Positions 50,257-61,500 of a stretch of DNA of 64,000 nt are shown piece by piece. Origin of the DNA: an uncultured Salinisphaerales bacterium (lineage in GTDB: Bacteria > Pseudomonadota > Gammaproteobacteria > Nevskiales > CAJXLF01); contig CAJXLF010000010.1 in the NCBI GenBank assembly GCA_913055805.1, positions 21,040 to 85,039 on the forward strand. Direction: 5' to 3'. Position 1 is the stretch's first letter. Each line of letters opens with the position of its first letter. Made by a program: the position numbers and the translations under genes. The notes beneath the pieces were generated by a model. It was not told the DNA's origin, made no database searches, and saw nothing but the letters and a program-made list of their open reading frames with translations.

Positions 50257-51201
50257 CTACAACCGCTTTTCAATGGCGTCCATCAGCTGGCCGGCGATAT
50301 TGGCCCCGTATATCTTGTCCAGTTCCCTGACGCAGGTCGGGCTGGTGACGTTGATTTCGGTGAGATAGTCACCGATCACGTCCAGCCCAACGAATAGCAG
50401 GCCCTTTTCACGCAGCGTTGGACCAACCTGTTCGCAGATCCAGCGGTCGCGGTCTGACAGATCCACCCCTTCGCCGCGTCCGCCTGCGGCCAGGTTGCCG
50501 CGGGTTTCGCCCTGTGCAGGAATGCGCGCCAGTGCATGCGCAAAGGGTTCGCCATCTATCATCAGGATACGTTTGTCACCCGCTTTTATTTCAGGCAGAT
50601 AACGTTGCGCCATGACGTAGTGGCTGCCATGTTCGGTCAGTGTTTCCAGAATGACAGACAGATTGGCTTCATCGGCCGATGCCCGGAAAACGCGGGATCC
50701 GCCCATGCCCTCCAGGGGTTTGAGCACGATGTTCTGCTGCTCTTTGTGAAAAGCACGCAGGCGCTGCATGTCCCGTGAGATGAGGGTGGGGGCGCAACAC
50801 TGCGGAAAATACTGGGCGAAAAATTTTTCGTTGGCGTCGCGCAGACTGGCGGGTTTATTGACGACCAGGGCGCCTTCCCGCTCGGCCAGCTCCAGTGCGT
50901 AGGTGGCATAAATGTATTCGGTGTCGAACGGCGGATCCTTGCGCATCAGGATGGCGTCCAGCTCGCCCAGCGCGACCGTGTTCTCGGCGCCCAGGGTGAA
51001 CCAGTCACTGTTGTCATCGCGGACTTCCAGGTAGTGGCTGCGGCCAAAGGGTTTGCCGTCGCGCACGTAGAGATCCGGCATTTCCAGGTAATGAATCTCC
51101 CAGCCACGGCGCTGGATTTCCAGCATCATAGCCAGGGTGGTGTCCTTGTAGGGGGTGATGTTCTGGATGGGGTCCATAACAACCCCGATGCGAATGGTCA
51201 T
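50257..51201 (-). CDS. gshB: Glutathione synthetase
   Basis: MTIRIGVVMDPIQNITPYKDTTLAMMLE N-terminus and an ATP-grasp C-terminal half. 314 aa. Confidence 0.96.
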   Translation of the reverse strand: MTIRIGVVMDPIQNITPYKDTTLAMMLEIQRRGWEIHYLEMPDLYVRDGKPFGRSHYLEVRDDNSDWFTLGAENTVALGELDAILMRKDPPFDTEYIYATYALELAEREGALVVNKPASLRDANEKFFAQYFPQCCAPTLISRDMQRLRAFHKEQQNIVLKPLEGMGGSRVFRASADEANLSVILETLTEHGSHYVMAQRYLPEIKAGDKRILMIDGEPFAHALARIPAQGETRGNLAAGGRGEGVDLSDRDRWICEQVGPTLREKGLLFVGLDVIGDYLTEINVTSPTCVRELDKIYGANIAGQLMDAIEKRL

Positions 51202-51252
51202 CCGAAGTTACCTGAAAATATGTATGGAAGCAGACCGGTTAGTGCCTGGTTA

Positions 51253-52608
51253 TCATTCTGGCAGCGAGACACGTTTGGATATGGCGTCGATTTCCCTGGC
51301 GGCAGCCAGCAAGGCAAGCCGTGCGACCACGCCATAGGCATAGAAACGGTTGGGTTCGGCATCCGGTGACAGGTTGGGGTCGGGGCAGTCGCCGGCCTCG
51401 GCAAATGCCAGCGGCTCGAATTGCATGCCCGGGGCGTTCAGGTTTTCCTGGGTGCCACGGCCTTTATGCACCCTGTAGAAGCCGCCGACCACATGATGGT
51501 CGATCATGTACACCACGGGCTCGGCCACGGCATTTTCGGGTTCCCATGTTTCCGAGGTATAGACGCCTTCCTGGATAATGGCGCCAGTGACGTCCAGGCC
51601 TTCTTTCGCCGAGGCCATCTTGTTGCGCTGTTTGCGGTTGAGCTGGCTGATTTCTTCGGGGCTTTTGACCGTCATGATGCCCATGCCATAAGTGCCGGCA
51701 TCCGATTTTACGATGACAAAAGGTTCATCCTTGATGCCGTATTCCCGGTATTTTTCCTCGATGTCTTCCAGCAACATGGCGACGTTGCTTTCCAGGCACT
51801 CAATGCCTTCGTTTTTCTTGAAATTGATCTGGCCGCAGTTGCGGAAAAGCGGATCCACCAGCCAGGGATCAATGTCGAGCAGTTGTGCAAATTCTTCAGT
51901 GACCTGGCGATAGACGCCAAAGTGCTGGGATTTGAGCCGGTTATTCCAGCCCAGGTCCAGCGGCGGCATGATCGGCTGGTCGATATTTTCCAGAATCGCG
52001 GGCCGTCCGCCGCTCAGATCATTGTTGAGCAGCACGGCACAGGGGAAGAAGTCGGCGACACCAACCTTGTTTCCCTGGCGCTGCAGAGGTTCCAGCAGCA
52101 GTGTTCTGCCTGAATCCAGGTTGATTTCAGTAGCTTCGCTGATTTCCTCCGCCAGTGTGCCGATACGCACCTCGAAACCCGCGTTGGAAATCATCTCCGC
52201 CAGGCGCGCCAGATTCTCCAGATAGAAAAGGTTTCTCGTGTGTTTTTCCGGAATCAGGAGAATGCCGGCGGCCGTGGGGCATACGCGTTGAATCGCCGCC
52301 TGCAGGGCCCAACGACACAGTGGGTCGAAAGCGGGGTTCAGGTTATTGAAGCCCGCCGGGAACAGGTTGGTATCAACAGGGGCCAGTTTGTAACCGGCGT
52401 TGCGTAAATCAACCGAAGCATAAAACGGGGGTGTGGTGATCAGCCATTGGCGGCGTAGCCAGGTTTCGATCTCGCTCTGGTTGGCCAGGAGCTTTTCTTC
52501 CAGCGCGAGCAATGGGCCGCGCTGAGCTGTCGTGAGGTGGGGAACAGCTGCCATACCGGCCGTACTCTGAATCATGCCTGGCATCCTGAAATATTGAGGT
52601 GGCGACAT
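51253..52608 (-). CDS. gshA: Glutamate--cysteine ligase, compact proteobacterial type (the family I recall as the T. ferrooxidans-type GshA)
   Basis: ~450-aa ORF directly upstream of gshB. The block FYASVDLRNAGYKLAPVDTNLFPAGFNNL matches my memory of that family. The start codon is uncertain (ATGs at 52608, 52584, 52575, 52554). Confidence 0.75.
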   Translation of the reverse strand: MSPPQYFRMPGMIQSTAGMAAVPHLTTAQRGPLLALEEKLLANQSEIETWLRRQWLITTPPFYASVDLRNAGYKLAPVDTNLFPAGFNNLNPAFDPLCRWALQAAIQRVCPTAAGILLIPEKHTRNLFYLENLARLAEMISNAGFEVRIGTLAEEISEATEINLDSGRTLLLEPLQRQGNKVGVADFFPCAVLLNNDLSGGRPAILENIDQPIMPPLDLGWNNRLKSQHFGVYRQVTEEFAQLLDIDPWLVDPLFRNCGQINFKKNEGIECLESNVAMLLEDIEEKYREYGIKDEPFVIVKSDAGTYGMGIMTVKSPEEISQLNRKQRNKMASAKEGLDVTGAIIQEGVYTSETWEPENAVAEPVVYMIDHHVVGGFYRVHKGRGTQENLNAPGMQFEPLAFAEAGDCPDPNLSPDAEPNRFYAYGVVARLALLAAAREIDAISKRVSLPE

Positions 52609-52643
52609 GTTAGCGCAGTTCCTGTAAAGCTGCAGTGGCTAGA

Positions 52644-52731
52644 GGATGACGGGTGGATGACGGGTGGATGGCGGGTGGATGGCGGGTGGATGGCGGGTGG
52701 ATGGCGGGTGGATGGCGGGTGGATTAACGGT
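52644..52731. repeat. 11-bp G-rich tandem repeat, 7 full units plus 1 degenerate unit
   Basis: GGATGACGGGT x2, GGATGGCGGGT x5, then GGATTAACGGT. Intergenic between the divergent gshA and pilG. Confidence 0.97.
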
Positions 52732-52846
52732 ATGCAGTGCACCCAGAATGTGCTAAAAAACGGATATTTACAGAAGATCATTAGCGTAAAACGCTAGTCT
52801 TGTGACTGGAGAGCGTCCGCTAAGGGGCATAGAAATCGGAGGTGAC

Positions 52847-53248
52847 ATGACGGCCGCCCAGCAGCCATCAACGATGAGTGGGTTAAAGGTCATGGTGATT
52901 GATGACAGCAAGACCATCCGGCGTTCGGCTGAGACGCTGCTGGCCGGACTGGGGTGTCAGGTGCTGACGGCCAATGATGGCTTTGAGGCCATGGCCAAGA
53001 TCGCTGATCACCATCCCAGTATTATTTTTGTCGATATCATGATGCCGCGCCTGGACGGTTACCAGGTCTGCGCGCTCATAAAGAACAATCCCCATTACAA
53101 GGACATTCCGGTTGTCATGCTGTCCAGCAAGGATGGCTTGTTCGACCGCGCACGCGGCCGCATTGTGGGCTCTGACCAGTATCTGACCAAACCGTTTACC
53201 CGCGAGGAACTGGTCGGCGCGGTGCAGATTCACGCGGCAGCGAAATAG
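52847..53248 (+). CDS. pilG: CheY-like response regulator PilG
   Basis: ATG 52847 after GGAGGTGAC. Receiver domain (KVMVIDDSKTIRR...FVDIMMPRLDGY...LSSKDG...K). Confidence 0.92.
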   Translation: MTAAQQPSTMSGLKVMVIDDSKTIRRSAETLLAGLGCQVLTANDGFEAMAKIADHHPSIIFVDIMMPRLDGYQVCALIKNNPHYKDIPVVMLSSKDGLFDRARGRIVGSDQYLTKPFTREELVGAVQIHAAAK

Positions 53249-53280
53249 AGGCAGGAAACCTAAACAACGACGGAGGAAGT

Positions 53281-53646
53281 GTGGCTCATATTCTCGTGGT
53301 GGATGATTCACCAACAGATGTGCAGGCAATCAGAGCGGCCCTGGAAAAAGGCGGGCATGACGTCACGATTGCCGAGGCGGCAGAAGAAGGCGTGGAAATG
53401 GCCAAGGCCCTGCAGCCTTCGCTGGTGCTGATGGATATTGTTTTCGAAGGCACCAGCGGTTTTCAGGGTGTGCGCAAACTGTCGAAGGATGGAGAAACCT
53501 CGCATATTCCGGTGATTATCATCAGCGGCAAGGGCACGGCGGCGGACAAGGCCTGGGGATTGCGTCAGGGCGCAGTCGACTATCTGGTCAAGCCGCTGAA
53601 AGACAAACAGCTGCTCGAAGCTGTCGACAAGGCGCTGGGGCAATAG
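53281..53646 (+). CDS. pilH: CheY-like response regulator PilH
   Basis: 121-aa receiver (ILVVDDSPTD...LMDIVFEG...SGKG...K). GTG start after GGAGGA. Confidence 0.92.
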   Translation: MAHILVVDDSPTDVQAIRAALEKGGHDVTIAEAAEEGVEMAKALQPSLVLMDIVFEGTSGFQGVRKLSKDGETSHIPVIIISGKGTAADKAWGLRQGAVDYLVKPLKDKQLLEAVDKALGQ

Positions 53647-53664
53647 CGCCGGGCATGGTTGGCC

Positions 53665-54204
53665 ATGAGTGATCTGCGTACCCTGCGGGACCGGCCCATG
53701 GAATTGCTCCGGGCCATGGAGCGTCGTCTGGCTGGCAGTGATGCCCAGGTTGTTCTGGGAAGCAACTGGGCCGGAATTGCCATGCGGCTTGGCGACCAGC
53801 GTTTCCTGGTTGCGCAGGACCATATCCGGGAGATTGTGGAGTTGCCGGGCTACAGCCGGGTTCCGGGTGGCAAGCCCTGGTTGATGGGTGTGGCCAATAT
53901 TCGCGGCGAATTACTGCCCATCATCAATCTCAAGGGCATGTTGCTTGATGCGCCCACGGCGCTGGGTCTGAACAGCCGCATCCTGGTGCTCAAGCATCCA
54001 CAGTTTCCGGCGGGTTTCCTGGTGGACAGGGTTGAAGGTTTACGTCGTTTCGATCAGGGGCAGAAACAGGCGCTGGCGGGTGCCGAACTGCCTGCTGCCT
54101 GCAGCGTGTTTGTCAACGGTTGGTATGGAGACGGTACACAGAGCCTTCCGGTTCTGGATCTGTACAAGTTGGTCGAAGATCCCATTTTCCAAATGGCGGC
54201 CTGA
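53665..54204 (+). CDS. pilI: CheW-like coupling protein PilI
   Basis: CheW domain (VPGGKPWLMGVANIRGELLPIINL). ATG 53665 is preferred to TTG 53659. Confidence 0.88.
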   Translation: MSDLRTLRDRPMELLRAMERRLAGSDAQVVLGSNWAGIAMRLGDQRFLVAQDHIREIVELPGYSRVPGGKPWLMGVANIRGELLPIINLKGMLLDAPTALGLNSRILVLKHPQFPAGFLVDRVEGLRRFDQGQKQALAGAELPAACSVFVNGWYGDGTQSLPVLDLYKLVEDPIFQMAA

Positions 54205-54254
54205 ACAAAGTCGTTGGATGACTCCGCAGGGAGCATCCAGGGGAGTAATAGAGA

Positions 54255-55529
54255 GTGGCACTTAACGAAAAATTCGATTTCACTGACCGCGGCAACATCA
54301 TGATGCTTGTGCTGATGGCCGCAGCGCTGTGCACGGTGGGGGCATTGCTGCTGGTCGGGCAGTACCTGGGCAAGCCGCTCATTGCCGGCCTGGATGTTCA
54401 TCCGGCTGTGGTATACGGCCTGGGGCTGATGGGCGTGCTGCTTATTTGCGTAGGTGTCTGGCTGTCGCTGGGGGCGGGGGGCGACACAGAACAGCCTGCA
54501 TCCGGTGGTCAGACAGGCAGTTTGGGCGAGGGCACTGAAGAAGCGATTCTGCGCCTGCTGGACGAAATGAGTCTGCTGGCCGATGGTGACCTGACTATGC
54601 AGGCGACCGTCACCGAGGACGTCACCGGCGCAATTGCAGACTCCATCAACTTTACCGTGGAAGCGTTGCGTGAACTGGTGGTGACCATTAACGCGACCGC
54701 CGAGCAGCTCGCCGGCGCGACGACCGAATCACTGGGCACATCACAGGAACTGGTAGCCGCCAGTGAGCGCCAGACGCAGCAGATCATCTCCGCGGTTGAA
54801 ATCATTCAGCAGATGATCAGCTCGATTCAGAAGGTGTCGGGAGACGCCGAACAGGCGGCCGACGTCACCGGGCGTTCGGTGGAAGTGGCGCTCAACGGCG
54901 GTGATGCCGTGCGGCGTACCATCGAGGGTATGAGTGCTATCCGCGAGCAGATTCAGGAGACCGCAAAACGTATCAAACGACTGGGTGAAAGCTCCCAGGA
55001 GATCGGCAATATCGTGGAGCTGATTAACGATATCGCCGAGCAGACCAACACCCAGGCCCTGAATGCGTCTATCCAGGCGGCCATGGCGGGCGACGCCGGC
55101 CGTGGCTTCGCCGTGGTGGCGGATGAGGTGCAGCGTCTGGCGGAGCGCTCCGCTACAGCAACCAAGCAGATTGAAAATCTGGTACGCACCATTCAGGCCG
55201 ATACCAACGAGGCGGTGGTATCGATGGAAAAGACCACCACAGAAGTGGTGGGCGGTACGCAGCTGGCCGAGGACGCAGGTAAGGCGCTGGAAGAAATCGA
55301 AACGGTTTCGCGGCAGATTGCAGACGTGGTGCGTGGTATTTCGGCGGCGGCGCGGCAACAGGCCGAGCAGGCGAGCGGTGTATCCGAAACGATTACAGGT
55401 ATCCGCGAACTGACTGAAAGTACGGCCTCAGGCACCCGCGACACCGGTCAGGCCATTGGCCGTCTGGCGCAATTGGCGGAACAGCTGCGTGACTCGGTGG
55501 CCGGCTTCAAACTTCCGCAGGACGCCTAG
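54255..55529 (+). CDS. pilJ: Methyl-accepting chemotaxis protein, PilJ-position, without a periplasmic sensor domain
   Basis: Two TM helices separated by ~10 residues, a HAMP-like segment, and the MCP signalling hairpin (IAEQTNTQALNASIQAAMAGDAGRGFAVVADEVQRLAERS). 424 aa. Confidence 0.88.
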   Translation: MALNEKFDFTDRGNIMMLVLMAAALCTVGALLLVGQYLGKPLIAGLDVHPAVVYGLGLMGVLLICVGVWLSLGAGGDTEQPASGGQTGSLGEGTEEAILRLLDEMSLLADGDLTMQATVTEDVTGAIADSINFTVEALRELVVTINATAEQLAGATTESLGTSQELVAASERQTQQIISAVEIIQQMISSIQKVSGDAEQAADVTGRSVEVALNGGDAVRRTIEGMSAIREQIQETAKRIKRLGESSQEIGNIVELINDIAEQTNTQALNASIQAAMAGDAGRGFAVVADEVQRLAERSATATKQIENLVRTIQADTNEAVVSMEKTTTEVVGGTQLAEDAGKALEEIETVSRQIADVVRGISAAARQQAEQASGVSETITGIRELTESTASGTRDTGQAIGRLAQLAEQLRDSVAGFKLPQDA

Positions 55530-55592
55530 CCGGTCAGGCACGATGGCGAATTTTACTGTGGCACTTGCTGAGAAAAATAACGGAGCAGGGTG

Positions 55593-58500
55593 ATGGCAGT
55601 TGTGCAAGCTAAATCAGTCATAGATCTCAGTGGCCTGCAGTGGGTTCGCGGGGAGCTGGATCAGAACCTCGAGCGTGTGCATCATTTCATCGAGGCGTAC
55701 CTGGAGTCTCCAGAAGACAAGCTGCCCCTGCAACGGAGTGTGATTGAGCTGCATCAGGCGCGCGGCATCCTTGCGATGGTGCGCCTGCACGGCGCGGCAT
55801 TGCTGGCCGAGGAACTGCGCCAGGCCGTACACGATGTGCTGCATGGCGTGAGTGAAAATGCCGAGTCCATCTTCGAAGTGGTGCTGGGCGGCGCAGTTCA
55901 GCTGTCTGACTATCTGGACTTTGTCCAGAGTGAGGCGACTGATTCCGCACTGATTTTTCAGCCTTTGATTAACGAGCTGCGCGTGGCGCGCGGCAAGCCG
56001 GTGGTGAACGAAAGCGAATTGTTTATCCGCTTCCTGCTACTGGAGCCGCCGGAAGTAACGCTACCCGATCTGGCGGGGCGCGATAGTCAACTGGCCAGCA
56101 GCGAGGCAAAAAGTTTTCAGCTGCACTTCCAGACCGCTCTGCTGGGTGTGATCAAGGACAACGACAGCAAGGCCAATCTTCTGCGCCTGATGCAGATCTG
56201 TCAGCAGGTGCTCAAGGGACTGGGCGAAACAAGGATATTCCAGCAATGGTGGTATGCGCAGGCCGTGCTGGAGGCACTGGTGGACAGGGGGCTGGAAGTC
56301 AGTCTCGACGTCAAGCGCCTGCTCGGCAAGCTGGGCATTCTGCTCAAGTATCTGGCGGCGGAAGGGCAGGATTCTCCGCATGCCTTTGACCAGGAAGTCA
56401 CCTACGCGCTTCTGTATTACGTCGGCCGCTCGAGCAGTCAGGGCGAAACCGTCAGGGCGGTGCGCCGTGCGAGTTCCCTGGACCAGCTTCTGCCAGATCA
56501 GGCTCATCTGGACAGCATTCGCGAGCGTCTGCGTGGACCCAATACCAGTCTGCTGCAAACCCTGTCATCAGAGATTCGCAAGGATATCGGTATGGTCAAG
56601 GACAACCTTGACCTGCTGCTGCGTGCCGGTGACAAGGCGCCGGATCGCCTCGATGAAACGGTCAATACCATTCGTCGTGTGGCAACCACGCTCGATATGC
56701 TGGGTATGACGGCCCTGCAGAGAGTCGTCAGCCGTCAGGCGGAAATCGTTGACAAGCGTCGACATGAAGCAATGCCCGATCAGAGGGAATGGCTGGATGC
56801 GGCGATCTCCCTGTTATGGGTCGAGCACAGTCTGGACGAATTGCTTTTCCGTCACGTGCACCCGGATGTCCGCGAAGGAGAGGCGCCTCCCGAAGAGCCG
56901 GGCAGCGACTCTATTTCCCCACTTGAATTGCGCGAGGGTGCGGCGTCTATTGTGCGCGAAGCCCTGATTAACATTGCACGCATCAAGGAACTGACCAGTG
57001 AATTCATCTCCCGGAATAACCGGGAGACAGCCGGCGAAATTGCACATATGCTGCATGAAATCAGCGCCGGCCTGGGTGTGGCAGGTGTGGATGTCGACAG
57101 TGTGGTCAGTGTGCAGACGCTGCGTCAGTTTGTGCAAAACGAGGCCTTCCTTACGCTTGGTGGAGATCCGGAACGGGTGGCGCAATTTGCCGACGTTGTT
57201 TCCAGCCTGGAGCTTTATCTTCTGGCCTTGCAGAGTCACCAGGCCAACACCGCTGATCTGAGGGCGCGGTTCAACGACTTTGTGGGCCAGCTGGAACTGC
57301 CTGAAGCGCCGGCCGAGGCTGCGGAAGCACCGGCACTGGCATCGACACCGGAACCGGAACCGCCGCCCGAGGCCAGGCCCGGGCCTCCGGCCTTGTCAGT
57401 AGTTGAGAAAACCACGGAAGTTGTCGCCGAAGAGAGGCAGGAAACGGTTGAGCCCGAAATGCTCGACATGCCGGACATGGGGGGCGACGAACCAGTGGCT
57501 GTTCCGGGGCCGCCTGCGGTTGCCGCAGAGCCGGAACCGGCAGAACCGCTCGGGCAGACCATTGATCCGGAAATCCGCGAGATATTCCTTGAGGAAGTAG
57601 AGGAAATACGCGAGATGCTGGCCGAGCGTGTGCCACACTGGACACAGCAGGTTGATGACCACGAGGCCCTGGGCGATATTCGGCGCGCCTTCCATACCCT
57701 CAAGGGCAGTGGGCGCATGGCCGGTGCGACGGCGATCGGTGATTTCGGCTGGGCTGTCGAGCAGATGCTCAATGCCTGTCTTGATGGTTCGCTCACACTC
57801 GATCATGCGGTGGTTTCAACAATCAAGGGCGCGACCGAAAATCTGCCGGCGCTGGTCGAAGCCTATTCCCGGTCAGGCGCCATACCGGCGGGTGCCCGGC
57901 AGGTTCTGATAGACGCGCATCGGATTACCGGAACCGAACCCCCCGCATCGATAGCGCATGCAACGGAAAACGAGGGCGACAAGGAAGACGATCTCTGGCA
58001 TATCTTCAGCCGCGATGCAGAAGGCCACCTGAAAAATCTGCATGATTTTGTCACGGCTGCCGGTAGCGAGCTCAAGCCGCAACTGGTCAGTGCAGAAGTG
58101 GTGCGGGCTTTCCACACCCTGAAAAGCGGCGCCCGTCTGGTCGGGGCCGGCACAATGTCACGTCTGGCCGACGTCATGGAAACACTCTGTGATGCCGTGC
58201 GGGGCACCGGCCGGCCCATGAGCAGTGAGCACCTGTCACTTATCGCCGAAGTTACGGATTTTCTTGCAGACACGCTCGAACGGCAGGGCCAGGCCGCAGC
58301 GGCTGAGCCGGATCCCGAAGGGCTGATACAAAAGGCGCGGGCGAAACTCGAAGAGCTTCCAGAGGAAACTTCGTCAAGCGACCGCGAACTGCTGATCATT
58401 TTTACCGACGAAGCCTGCGATCTTCTGGAAAACATGGAGAGTGTGCTGGAAGACTGGGTAGATGCGCCACAGGATGCACATCACCCGCGGCTGTTGAGCG

Positions 58501-61500
58501 ATATCTGCGCCACTTTGTCGGAAAGTGCGAAAACTGCAAAGGTGTCCGCGTTGGCGCTGATTGCCCAGGAAATGGCTCGCCTGGTGGAGGACTGGTCCGA
58601 GGGCCATGTCAGCAGCGCGCAGATCAGCGGCCTGCGTAAGGAACTGGCAGGTGTCTATGACCTTCTCGACCTGGTGCGCCAGGGGGTCATGGTGACCGAG
58701 GCTGGCGAAGTGATGACCCGCCTGCATCAACTGCAAGAGATGGGGGCTGCGGATGCGCCCTCAGCACAGGGGATGGCGGAGAAGGTCGAACCCGCAGCTG
58801 CTGAGAAAGCGGCGGTTCCGGAAGCGCCGGCTTCAGGGGTTTCCATTTCCACGGGATTCACAGAGCCGCCTGCATCAGCGCCTGCCGCACCCGAGCCGCC
58901 GGCTCCAACCGAGGCGCAAACACCACAAACTGCGGAACAACCCCCGGTTGCTTCGTTCTCTGAGCCGGGCTCGGTAACGCCAGCTTCGTCTTCGCCCGAG
59001 CCGGCGGCTACCCCGGCGGTCACCGACCTGGGTGATGACTTGCTCGCCCTGTTTGTCGACGAGGGTGAGGAACTGCTCGAGGGTATTGGCTCAACCATGG
59101 ATCGTTGGGAGTTGCATCCAGAAGACCCGGCCTCTCTGGTGGAACTCATGCGACTGCTACATACCCTCAAGGGTAGTGCGCGCATGGCTGGAGCGGCCCG
59201 TATCGGTGAACTCAGCCACACACTGGAAGATGAACTGGCAGAGCTGGCCCGAATAGGCAAGACGGCAGATAGCTCGTTTTTCTTGCAGATGCGTCATACC
59301 AGTGACGAAATACATCAGGAACTGGTGGAAATACGGGGTGGTCGTGCACCCGCGCCACAGGAAGCTGCAGCGGAGACGCCGCAGCCTGCACCAGCGTCTC
59401 CTGAGCCGGTTGCCGATATCCAGGTCCCGCAGGCGCCGCCTGCCACACCTGAGTCCCCGCCGCAGGTCGAGCTCGAAGCACCAAGCGAACCTGAGCCTGA
59501 GCCGGCTATGCAACCGTCTGCCAGTATCAGTGATGCGCCGGTCGAGCAGCTGATTCCTGAAGTGCCGGCCGCCCTGACCCCGGCACAGCCAGAGCCTGCA
59601 GAAACGGCTCCCGGCGTCGAAGATGATGTACCGGCCGGGAAAGCCGAAGAGTCCGTCGCTGCGGCGCCAGTCGAGCCTGCGCCACGGGACGTGGCCCGTC
59701 CGGCCGCCGAAACCGCGCGTGTTTCAGTCTCCCAGCTGGATCGCATGTTCAATGAGGCGGGCGAAGTGGGCATTTATCTCGGCCGCATGGAGAAACAGCA
59801 GGCCGATCTGCGCTCCCATCTGGGGGAGATGGGGCAGGCGATCACGCGTATGCGTGAGCATATCCGCCAACTGGATCTGGAAGCGGAAAGCCAGCTGCAG
59901 GCACGCAGAAACCGTCAGGAACAGCATGGCGAAGATGATCGCTACGAAGAAGACTTCGATCCGCTGGAGATGGACCGCTATACGCGCATGAACGAGTTGT
60001 CGCGCAGCCTCACCGAAAGTGCTGCCGACCTTGTGAGCCTGCAGTCCATGATTGACGAGGTCAGCCGCAGTAACGAAACCTTATTGCTGCAGCAGGGCCG
60101 TATTACCTCGAACCTGCAGCATGGGCTGATGAACACCATGCTGGTGCCTTTTGCCGGCATGGTGCAGCGTCTGCAACGTATTGTGCGGCAATCCAGCCAG
60201 GTCAACGGCAAGCAGGCGCGTCTGGAATTCCTGGGAGCGGATAACGAGCTTGACCGCAACGTGCTCGAACGCATGGTGGGTCCGCTGGAGCATCTGCTGC
60301 GCAATTCGGTGGCCCATGGTATTGAGCCGCCGGAAGACCGGCAGAGAGCGGGCAAGGATGCGCAGGGCCTGATTCGTGTCAGCCTGCGCCGTGACGGTAC
60401 GCAATCGATCATAGAAGTGCTTGATGATGGACGCGGTCTGGATCTTGAAGCTATTCGGCGGGCAGCGGTTAAGCGTCACCTGATCGCCGAACAGGCACAG
60501 CTGTCTGAACAGGAACTGGTTCAGCTGATTTTCGAGCCCGGCTTCAGTACGGCAGATACCATCACCCAGGAAGCGGGCCGTGGCGTCGGCATGGATGTGG
60601 TGAATGCCGAGATCAAGCAGTTGGGCGGCAGTCTCAATGTGAGTTTCTCACCCGGGAAGGGTACGCAATTCCTGATTCGTATTCCTTCTTCGCTGGCGCT
60701 GACCCAGGCCTTGCTGGTCAGGGTGGGGCAGGAATCCTATGCCATCGGTATGGCGGGTATTGACGGTATTGAACGCCTTCCCAGGCACGAACTGTCACGC
60801 TACCTGGCCGAAGGCGGGCCACAGGTGTTATACGGCGGTAACGGCTACCAGGCTATCCGCATGAGCGATCTCATTCATGCACATATGCCGGAAGTTGAAG
60901 ATGATGCAAGCCGCAATGTGCCGGTGTTGCTGATGCGCGCTGGCGATATGCGTCTGGCAGTCGTCGTTGAACAGGTAATGGGCGGTGATGAACTGGTGGT
61001 CAAATCGCTGGGTCCCCAGGTCAGCGCCATTCCGGGCGTCAGCGGGGGCACTATCCTGGCCGACGGTAGCGTGGTGTTGATTATGGATGTGCCGACGCTC
61101 TATCAGACGCGTCACCGCCGCCTGGCTTCGGCTGTCGGTGTCACGGTGGAGGAATTCAAGGAAGTTCGCGATGAACGCCCGCTGGTCGTTATCGTGGACG
61201 ATTCCATCACCATCCGGCGCGTGACTGAACGCTTCCTGAGCCGTCATGGTTATCGTATCGATACCGCCAAGGACGGTATGGATGCCCTGCCCAAGTTGCA
61301 GGCCGAAAAGCCGGACATTGTGCTGCTTGACGTGGAAATGCCGCGCATCGACGGTTTTGAAGTTGCCACCTACATGCGGAATAACGAGCATCTGCAGGAT
61401 GTGCCGATCATCATGATTACCTCACGCAGTGGTGACAAGCATCGTCAGCGTGCCAAGGAGATCGGTGTTGATCGCTACCTGATCAAACCGTATCAGGAAG

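Noticed and set aside
52537-52797. ORFs on both strands reading through the 11-bp repeat (e.g. ...GGWMAGGWRVDGGW...)
   Set aside because: An 11-nt period rotates through all three frames, and the peptide periodicity is an artefact of this. There is no RBS, and the region is the divergent promoter spacer.
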